DNA from: Octopus vulgaris
Taxonomy: Eukaryota
Direction: 5' to 3'
Length of the DNA stretch: 64,000 nt
NCBI GenBank assembly: GCA_951406725.2
Contig: OX597816.1
Coordinates: 174,096,001 to 174,160,000 of the forward strand
Positions 54,043 to 64,000 of this stretch are shown here, piece by piece; within the stretch, counting starts at the first letter, position 1; each line of letters begins with the position of its first letter. The notes under the pieces were generated by a model. That model saw only the letters and a list, made by a program, of their open reading frames with translations. It searched no databases and was not told where the DNA came from. Position numbers and translations under genes: made by a program.

Positions 54043-54718
54043 ATGGCCAGATGGATTCAGAGAACCTTCAGAACAAGGGACCAGGAAACTATGCTGGTCC
54101 TATGGAGGACATTTGTCCTCAGCCGTCTTGACTACTGCTCTCAACTATAGTCACCCTATATTGAAGGATTAATAGCAGAACTTGAGGCCATTCAGAGATA
54201 CTACACGAGGAAGATTGCATCAATAGAACAACTGAGCTACTGGGAGAGACTGAAAGAGCTACGACTCTACTCCCTGGAGCGAAGACAGGAGAGGTATGCA
54301 GTGATATATGTATGGAAGATACTGGAGGGGCTGGTACCAAACTTTCAAATTGAGAGTTATACCAGACCTCGAAATGGATGTCACTGCACTGTTCCAAAAG
54401 TCCCAGCTGTCTTATCTAGGGTGAGGACCATGTACTGCAATAGCTTGGGATTCAAGGACACACAGCTTTTTAACTCCTTGTCAAAACATCTGAGGGACCT
54501 CCATGGAGTGGGAGTAGATGTTTTTAAGAAACAACTTGACCTCTTACTATCCAAGATCCCAGAAGAACCAATATCAAGGCAGGAAACTCAGAGTGGTCAG
54601 CGATATTGAACTCCCTCCTTCACCACAAGCCAAACCCATAGAATTGGCCAATTAAAAAGTGATTACAATGGCGGTGCCCCAGCATAGCCACAGCCTCAAG
54701 GCTGAAACATAAAAGAAT
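54043..54718 (+). mobile_element. CR1/L2-group LINE 3' fragment, second family
   Basis: RLDYCSQL, LEAIQRYYTRKI...SYWERLKELRLYSLERRQERYAVIYVWKIL. The tail is shared with SINE B. Confidence 0.85.
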
Positions 54719-54975
54719 ATATATATATATATATATATTATATATGTGTATATATATATTTATATGTCCTATATTTTTCTCTGGTGTGTTCACATATTTT
54801 TCACTCGGTGATGTCCTGTACACAATGTGTATACTTTTGGTATTTTGTCATGTACTTATCTCGTGTGTTTACGTACTTTTCACTCGTTGGCAATGTCCTG
54901 TACACAATGTGTACTTTTTATTTTATTCATAATCAAACGCCATGCAGCCTTGTCCACAGTAAGTTCTTACTTTTA

Positions 54976-55010
<35 letters not shown>

Positions 55011-55361
55011 CATATATAAACACAGGCATGACTGTGTGGTAAGATGCTTGCTTCCCAACCGCATGGTTCTGGGTTTAGCCCCGTGTGGCACTTTGGGTAA
55101 GTGCCTTCCGCTATAGCCATGGGCTGACCAAAGCCTTGTGAGTAATCTCTCGCTATAATCGCAGTTCACCTATTGCAGCTTAAGCTTATATCGATTCCTC
55201 CGTGGTATTGTTTTGCGTTTGTAATAAAATAAATATATACAAATTATAAAAATATTTTTTTTTAAATATACAGTACGGTACTGTTTCTACTTTGTAGATT
55301 TTCACCTATCACAGAGGCTTTTGGAACATAACACCTGCAATAGCCAAGGGATTATTGTGTG

Positions 55362-55397
<36 letters not shown>

Positions 55398-55514
55398 GTA
55401 AAAGCAATTAAGATTCAAGTGAGTTCTATTGAATTCACTTGAATGCGGTACTTAACTTAGATGCACCAGAAAACTATATGGTATTAACCATAAAATAATG
55501 TAGGGTGATTATAA

Positions 55515-55674
55515 ACAAGAAAAAAGCAACAAGAATGGATTAGTTTTTCAGTACAATTGTTTCATACGAAGACCAGCTTTATTAAAAGCTGCAAATATTT
55601 GCAGCTTTTAATAAAGCTGGTCTTCGTATGAAACAATTGTACTGAAAAACTAATCCATTCTTGTTGCTTTTTCT

Positions 55675-55677
<3 letters not shown>
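55515..55677. repeat. Essentially perfect 163-bp palindrome containing a hammerhead 3' half
   Basis: Centre gcaaat|atttgc at 55596/55597. GAAA-caattg-TA at 55630-55641. It runs into (TA)n. Confidence 0.95.
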
Positions 55678-55731
<54 letters not shown>

Positions 55732-57360
55732 ATGTATATAGATAGATTGCAAATGGTATTATGAACAGAGTGAATATTCAATAGTTCAAGCAAAGTAAAA
55801 ATTTATTATAATATTGTAAGTTGACTACTTATTCATTACTTCAAGTTTATGCTGAACTGTTATCATCTGATGGAATATCTAACATTAGATATAACATTGA
55901 TTTCCAAACTTTTTTTTAATCCATAGCACACATGCAAGGTGCTAGAAGTGTTATGGTACATCATCAGCTTTGAAAAGTTTTATTTGAAACATATAAATAA
56001 AACAAGTATTATAATTATTTTAAAACTGAGATGGACACACACATTACATTTTACCACAAAGAAATATATATGTATGAGCGTGGTGTATTAAAAATGCTCA
56101 GTATTTTGCAATTCTCCTAAAAACTCACAGCAACATCTGCAGATCGTTTGTTATATACACACATAGAGGTTGAAAACATCTGAGATTATATCTTAGTTGA
56201 TATGCCATTTAATGATTGCCATCCAGAATGAAACTATAAGTAATGAAAAAATTATAATATAATGTACACACACATGTGCACAAGCATATACTGACATTGA
56301 CAAATGCCAGAGACATTCACCACTACCACCACTGTTACATCTTTAAACAATTTCCAACACTACTAGCATTGCTGCTACACCTCTGCCACCCAAATAACCA
56401 CTATATACCAAACAAACAAGGCTTCTGTTTAGAAAATGAAAAGAAACCTTGTAGATATATATCCTTTCATTGCATCGCAGATTTTTATCAACCAAACCTC
56501 AAAACATAAAATATAATACAAATACAAAAATGAAGGGAAAAAATGATCTTGTTTAAAAACTCAATCTTCGTGATGAATCTTATCTCACATTACCCTACCA
56601 CAAACACACACCTCTGGTCTCTCTGCATCACTCTCTACCTTGTGTGGACACTTATGAATAAACAAAGCTTGAAGTCACTTGTTTCCACATGTGGTGGTTA
56701 TTTTGTTTGTTGTTTTTGAAATGAATACATAGAGCAAATATCTGTTATAACTTTATTACTCATAGTAGTAGTAGTATCAGAAAGGGAAGATTTGACATAA
56801 ATGGTAGCAGCCTGGTCAGAATGAATGCTTCACAGTGTGTACTACATCCCTTCACATTCAAATTCGAGGATCTACTGACTTTGCTTTTTGACAATTTCCA
56901 CACCCACTAACAGATTTGTCCTTTTATGCCAATCATCATTATCAGATTTAGGATTTAAAAAAAGTTCTGGGTGTTTACCTTCAACAATGAGTTAGTGTTG
57001 TTAAGCCTCGAGTCAACCCTACCAAGCAGACCTATGATCAGAAGTATTCTATTTATTACTGACAGCCCATTTCTTTTAGGCTCAACATATCTAGGAGTAC
57101 ATTATCCAATGAAGTCCTCCTATAAGACAGTCAAGGTGATCTGAGTGAGACATGGCAACTAAGCAGCAAACTGAGTGACTGCCTTTTGATTTAAATCAAG
57201 GGGAAAGTAGAGAACCAAACCAAATGCCTTATTCAGTGTTGGACTCAACATTCTGTATTCAACTTATGTTAGTACTAATTTCACTATTCATTCGTCTGCA
57301 GGTAGTTAGTCTATTTCACTGAAAACAAACCATTGATAATATACAGATAATATACATGGC

Positions 57361-57528
57361 ACAGGAGTGGCTGTGTGGTAAGTAGCTTGTTTACCAACCA
57401 CATGGTTCCGGGTTCAGTCCCACTGCGTGGCACCTTGGGCAAGTGTCTTCTACTATAGCCTCGGGCCGACCAAAGCCTTGTGAGTGGATTTGGTAGACGG
57501 AAACTGAAAGAAGCCCGTTGTATATATG

Positions 57529-57561
<33 letters not shown>

Positions 57562-57745
57562 TTGTCTCCCTAGCATTGCTTGACAACTGATGCTGGTGTG
57601 TTTATGTCCCCGTCACTTAGCAGTTCGGCAAAAGAGACCGATAGAATAAGTACTGGGTTTACAAAGAATAAGTCCCGGGGTCAAGTTGCTCGATTAAAGG
57701 CAGTGCACCAGCATAGCCGCAGTCAAAATGACTGAAACAAGTATA
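57361..57745 (+). mobile_element. SINE family B
   Basis: Colinear with 4182-4593. Confidence 0.9.
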
Positions 57746-58017
57746 AAAAAAAAAAGAGTTAACTACTGTATCCAATCCATTTATATACAAACAAGTCCCA
57801 TTGCTCACCCTGATCCAAGGGTGATGAGCTTATATCACATGCATATAAGTAGTGACATGGATTTTTAAGTGGCATGCAACAGATATAAAAAAGAATCTCC
57901 CTGCAATCTCATGCTACAAAAAAAAAAACTTATCTAATAAGTGTTTTCCTAAACTGAAGTGACCCACCAATAACATGACCAAAATGTCCCTATTATATAT
58001 TATTATTGTTATTATTA

Positions 58018-58369
58018 GGTGCAGGCATGGCTGTGTGGTAAGTAGCTTGCTTACCAACCACATGGTTCTGGGTTCAGTCCCACTGCATGGCACCTTGGGC
58101 AAGTGTCTTCTATTATAGCCTTGGGCCAACCAAAGCCTTGTGAGTGGATTTGGTAGCATTTAAACCGGCCATATCCAGCCAAAAGTATTCTGCTTGTTTT
58201 ATGTTCAAACTGGCCAGATCTGGTCTCTCACACCAACCCTACAATATCATTTTAAAAATTAACGGTTACCTCATCAAATTCTCATAGCTACAAGATAATG
58301 TATGATTAGTTCAAAACAATGTGGATGAAGAAGCATTAATTTTGGTAGAATAATGCAAACACTAAAGGG
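58018..58369 (+). mobile_element. SINE B 5' half fused to a piggyBac-type MITE family 1 lacking its left end
   Basis: ...gtggatttggTAGcatttaaaccggcc...actaaaggg|TTAA. Confidence 0.8.
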
Positions 58370-58827
58370 TTAACAAGGCAATTAAAATTTTGACAAGCTT
58401 GAATAAAAAAGATAGTTCACCATTACTACCTTTGTAAAAAGCTACCACTGGAATATCATCAGTATACCCAGTTGAACTGCAAACAAAGGTAGAGTTAACT
58501 ACTGTAACTATGGTCCTGCTTATAGCTAGCTGCTACATAAGTTAACTGGACTAATGGAAATGAAATGTTTTGGCCATGGACACAATACAATAATGATAAC
58601 AGAATATAACAAATGTCCCATTGGATATTAGTCTGGTATCTTATTGATAGAGTAATCATCATATAATTCTCTAATGAATGAACTGCTAAGATTTCAATGT
58701 AAAATCATATTAGACATTATAAGCACTGAGATACAAAAGAATATGAACTCAGTATGAACTAGAAAATGAGTAAGAGAGAAGAATCAGTGGCTTTGATAAT
58801 CTTTTCTATGTCAGTTAGTAGTTATAA

Positions 58828-59210
58828 TACTCTTTACTCTTTTACTTGTTTCAGTCATTTGACTGCGGCCATGCTGGAGCACCGCCTTTAGTTGAGCAAA
58901 TCGACCCCGGGACTTATTCTTTGTAAGCCCAGTACTTATTCTATCGGTCTCTTTTGCTGAACCGCTAAGTGACGGGGACGTAAACACACCAGCATCGGTT
59001 GTCAAGCAATGCTAGGGGGACAAACACAAACATACACACACACATATATATATACATATATACGACAGGCTTCTTTCAGTTTCCGTCTACCAAATCCACT
59101 CACAAGGCATTGGTCGGCCCGGGGCTATAGTAGAAGACACTTGCCCAAGATGCCACGGAACCCGGAACCATGTGGTTGGTTAGCAAGCTACTTACCACAC
59201 AGCCACTCCT
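58828..59210 (-). mobile_element. SINE family B
   Basis: Reverse complement of the 4182 copy with a small deletion in the head. Confidence 0.9.
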
Positions 59211-59854
59211 GTGTGTAATATTTTAAATAAAATATTTAACTAAAAGTCAAATAGAAAAATAAATACCATATTTATGTGTCATTCGTATGTTATTCTAACT
59301 TTCTGACAAATACATTATTTCTAGAGGATACATATAAAAGTATAATAGTTGAACTCCAAACTGATTGTGGTCCACTAGAATTGGCTGTTTCAACATTGGA
59401 GCTATAATCATGAATGATGACAATGATGTCAACAATGATAATAATATAGATGATAATATTGTGGATAAAACTACTGATGGTAATAATCCTTTCTACTATA
59501 TGCACAATCAACTAACTGGTACTTATTTCATTGACCTTGAAAGGATGAACGGTGAAATCAACTTCCGCAGAATTTGAACTCACAAATGATAATGATAAAG
59601 ACTGCATACAATGAATACATGACCATGCTGTAGAATTCAATAGGGAGCAGAAACTAATAACTTTAGTCATCTTAACAATTTGCTTAACTACAAAATATGA
59701 AGAGAAAAATATTCTAATGAAAATTAAAAATTAGAACAAAGAAAAGTATTCATAGAAAATTATAGATGAAGGAGAAAATTCTTGTACCAGAGTTACTTTT
59801 AAGAACTGAAATACTGAAGTTAAAAAACAAAAAAGGTTAAGGAAATCTTGAAGA

Positions 59855-60297
59855 TGTGCCGGTGGCACGTAAAAGCACCATCCGTTCGTGTCCGTTGCCA
59901 GCCACGCCTGGCCCCCGTGCCGGTGGCACGTAGCACCATCCATTCATGGCCGTTGCCAGCTTCGCCTCGCCTCCGTGCCAGTGGCACGTAAAAGCACCAT
60001 CCGTTCATGGCCATTGCCAGCCTCGCCTGGCCCCCGTGCTGGTGGCACGTAAAAAGCACCATCCGTCTGTGGCCGTTTGCCAGCTCCGTCTGGCTCCTGT
60101 GCGGGTGGCACGTAAAAAGCACCCACTACACTCATGGAGTGGTTGGCGTTAGGAAGGGCATCCAGCCGTAGAAACACTGCCAGATCAGACTGGGCCTGAT
60201 GCAGCCTTCTGGCTTCACAGACCCCAGTTGAACCGTCCAACCCATGCTAGCATGGAAAGCGGACACTAAATGATGATGATGATGATGATGATGATGA
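59855..60297 (+). mobile_element. RTE 3' end with five hairpin repeats of about 60 bp and a (GAT)n tail
   Basis: gtgccggtggcacgtaaaagcacc x5, then the family terminal sequence. Confidence 0.85.
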
Positions 60298-61499
60298 AGG
60301 AAAAAAACTGCAGAATTATTCATGAAGTCTTGAATGAAAGTAACAAATTTGACATAGTAGTAGGAAAAGATAAATACCAACAAACAAATACTAAACAATA
60401 ATGAACTTGATATAATCAATAAGATTAGTCTGAATTGCATAGGATATAGAACTATAAATACTTAGGTATTTATTTGGATGCTGAGTTTTAGTTGTGTCCT
60501 CTTATTCATCAAAACTAGGATGAGCTAACTAGAAGGAGTCTCAAGATGACTGAGTGATTTGTTAGAAATAGCAATGAAATGTCCATCATATCTAACATTA
60601 CTATCTTGAAAAAGGTAAAATCACACTGAATAATGTAGCCCTGCATATACTGTGTCAAAAGCAAACAAGAAAGTCGCTGTTAAAATATTCTTGATCATAT
60701 GTCTACCATATGAGAACCTCACGTGTGTGTTAAACAGCATGTTAAAGCACAATCGCAGCATGTTAAATTATTTACTCAGGGTATGAATTTTGACTACAAC
60801 AGAAATATACATACACTGACTTTTCAATCCTTGCCTTATCTTTTCTTGAGTCGCTCTTTATGCACTTATGCTATAACCACAAGTCAATCTACCACACCAG
60901 TTCACTTCTGCTTCTACCATGTACAGATCCAGTTTACTTCCATGTCTCTGCTGCCAATTTACCTCAAGAATTTACCACTGGATTCTACTACATCATCTTG
61001 GAACTCTTTTCTTTCACATAACATTTTATTTTCTCAATAATCCTTTTTAAAAAATAAAACTTTGCTTTCACCTTCTACACAGGCAACAAACAATTTGCAG
61101 TAATCCTGTAACCTTCACTTACTCTTGACTTCGTGCTTCTTTTCTTCTTATTTGTAATATATTTCTTTCTTTCATTGTTCATTTTTCCTGATGGACTAGT
61201 TACCAAAACATAAAAATACATACATACAGCTATGGCTGTGTTTTAAGAAGCTTCCATCCCAATAGAGTGAGGATATAGTAGAAGACAGTGGCACCTTCAG
61301 CATGTGTCTTCTACTATAGCTTCAGGCTGAAAAAAACCTGGTAAGTGGATTTGGTTGATAAAATCTGAAAAAAGCCCATCATATATGTGTGTGATTTTGT
61401 TTTTTCCCCCACCACTGACAAATGGTATTGGTATCTTTATGTCCCCATAACTTAGCAACTGGAGACTATTAAGACTAGTAACTGGAGACTATTAAATAG

Positions 61500-61720
61500 A
61501 CTGTTACCTACTTAATAGTGTTCCAGAAACAATTGCCTAACATCTCTGGGGGTCTATACAGGGATGACACTCTGTTTGCTATCCAAAATTCTAGCAACTG
61601 GAAAATCAAACAGATTAGAAAAAAAGATTAAGAATTTTTTTTTAAATGTCGGCCTCAGTATATCCTGTAACAACCTTAAAAACACTAATTTCTTAGGCGT
61701 AACCCTGGACCTACAAAACG
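61500..61720 (+). mobile_element. PLE RT fragment
   Basis: GLYRDD-like sequence and NTNFLGVTLDLQN. Parallels 24580-24750. Confidence 0.65.
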
Positions 61721-61773
61721 TATTTCATGTTGTTGATGTCCTGTACCCATATATGCATGTGTGTGTGTGTGTG

Positions 61774-61828
<55 letters not shown>

Positions 61829-61856
61829 TATATATTATTTATATTATCATCTGACT

Positions 61857-62489
61857 GAATGCCACGCATCCATTTCCAAGTAAGTTTATCTTCATCTTTT
61901 TTATGCGACTCTACTCTATACTGTTTTCCTCCCCCATCTTTTTCTCTCTCATCCTTTCTCTAATTCCTTTTTCTCCCGTCACCGTTTTCTATCTGTCTCT
62001 CTCTCCCTCTCTTTCTCCTGTTCTCTCTCTCTCTCATTGCTCACATGTGACCATTCTCCATCTTTCTTTTCCTCATATGATCATCTTTCTTTTCTTTCAG
62101 GACTGTCCTAAAGACTGGACATATCCTATCTCTCTCTTCTATCTTTTTTCTTGTCAAAGAAAATATTTCTCCAGTGTTCGCTATTTTACAACCCTCCATG
62201 TTTGTTTCCATTCGGTTTCCTTGTATGTCTCCACTGTCCTGTTTTTGTTCCCAACTTTGATCCTCCCTAAATCCCAAATTACTTATGGGAGCAACTGTCT
62301 TCGAAGACTCATATTGTCCTTCAATGCTCGAGATGAGGAGTAGATAGGCCACTGACAACTGATGAAGGGTTGTTCTTTATGTTACTTGTCCTATTTTCCA
62401 TTTGTTTCTCTTGTCGTTTGCGTATTGAACTCGTTTGTTCTCGTATTTCATGCTGCTGACTGTTGGTTACATCCTGTACCCATATATGC

Positions 62490-62545
<56 letters not shown>

Positions 62546-63140
62546 ATGTATATATAGATACAACTTAGTTGGAAGAGGATGCGTGGCATTCAATCATATA
62601 ATAATATAAATAATATATATATATATATATGCATGTATACATACGTATATGTACATACTTACATCTATAGATATATATATATATATATATCTATGGGTAC
62701 AGGTCATCCTGAAATGTATACAACAAAAATTACAAAGCATGAATACATGGAACATGAACTATTTTTTCAAACAACGAAAGACACAAATGGAAAACAAAAA
62801 AAAAAACATAAAGAACGACCCTTCGTCAGTTGTTGGCTGCTTTTCTAGTCTCATATTTTGAGCATTTAACAATATATGCTTTCGATAAAACAGTTGCTCC
62901 CACGAAGTAAATTGAATAAAATTTGGGATTTTGCAGAGGGTCAAAATAGGTAACACAAACAGGAACGATTGCTAAACCTAAATGAGGTTGTGGCGGCAAA
63001 CACATAAATCAAGTCAGGACAGGAGACAAACAAGAACAAATCTTCCTTGTTCCATCTACGGAGAGAAAGAAAGATGGCCAACGGTTACGTGGGAGCCATG
63101 TGGGCAAGGTAGGAGTGAGGGAGAGAGAGTGACACTCTCT
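61857..63140. repeat. Diverged inverted pair of an unclassified (TA)n-associated element
   Basis: About 62000-62490 (+) is homologous to about 62690-63140 (-). Both contain caaCTGAYGAagggt and end in cctgtacccata-(TA)n. Confidence 0.7.
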
Positions 63141-63414
63141 CTTGGACGGTGTTAAGTTGTGGAGATGTTTGATGATTGTATGTGGTGGTTACTTTTGACT
63201 GTTTCTTCTCAATAAGGATAACTGATTGATAATGAATCTGACTTCAAGTGGAATCAGATATCATACTTAACCTTAAACTTTCTGCACTCAAGCATACCTC
63301 ACGTTGACACCTATACACCTGACTGAACAGTTTTAACTCCAGAGTGAATATTGCAAGTGATATTTAAACAATTAACAGTTCTTTGGCCTTTGTATTTGAC
63401 GACTGTTGCTTTAA

Positions 63415-63636
63415 CCCTTTCGTTACTAACCCGGCTGAAACCGGCTGTGGCTCTGCAGTACAAATGTCTTGTTTTCATAAGTTTTGAATTAAAATCTTCC
63501 ACCAAACCTTAGTCCCAATTTATGTTCCCAACACTAGCTTAATGGTAACTAAGTTATTTTACTAAATTCTCTGTTATATTTAAAAATAATTGAAAGAAAC
63601 ACAGAACATCTCAAAATAAATGCAGTAACAAAAGGG
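63415..63636. mobile_element. piggyBac-type MITE, family 2
   Basis: TTAA|ccctttcgttac...gtaacaaaaggg|TTAA. Confidence 0.85.
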
Positions 63637-63910
63637 TTAAGTATTTTATTTCGATTTTCACTGATGTAATGTTAAGAACAACAGGATACGCAACAGTAGT
63701 TTCAAATATAGATAAAAATGGAAGTTTTAATCATCCAATGGACATTACAAAAATAGCAATTCCCACTTTGAAACTGAAAATCTTTTTAGATTATGGAACA
63801 CCCCACTCTCATGTATCCAAGTTCAAAATTTCAGTGCGATTGGATGAACAATACGAGTTATAAGCGCACACACAGGCAGACAGAATGGGATTTATATATT
63901 AGATATACAT

Positions 63911-64000
63911 AGGCATAGGAGTGGCTATGTGGTAAGTAGCTTGCTTATGAACCACATGGTTCCAGGTTGAGTCCCACTGTGTGGTACCTTGAGCAAGTGT
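63911..64000 (+). mobile_element. SINE family B head (cut by the window edge)
   Basis: aggagtggctatgtggtaagtagcttgc... Confidence 0.8.

Noticed and set aside
59855-60125. CRISPR-like array of palindromic repeats with spacers
   Set aside because: The spacers are homologous to each other, the array is part of an RTE 3'UTR, there are no cas genes, and the context is eukaryotic.

Overview
AT-rich, microsatellite-dense animal genomic DNA. It is intronic or intergenic, and the SINE families and (TA)n density suggest an octopus or other cephalopod (inference). No host gene is confidently identified; there is only a weak two-exon candidate at about 19.7-20.1 kb. The window is a mosaic of three tRNA-derived SINE families, RTE, CR1/L2 and R4-like LINE remnants, Penelope-like (PLE, GIY-YIG) retroelement remnants, non-autonomous Helitrons, TTAA-flanked piggyBac-type MITEs and Tc1/mariner fossils. 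The main signal, which the ORF track does not show, is a set of minimal type-I hammerhead ribozymes: six complete or near-complete, one decayed and two 3' halves, from about seven unrelated sequence families. Each has its own self-complementary stem III. Most sit in short non-coding modules that end in (TA)n tracts, and several modules are folded back head-to-head into long hairpins. Coordinates were read by eye, and the ends of decayed elements are approximate.
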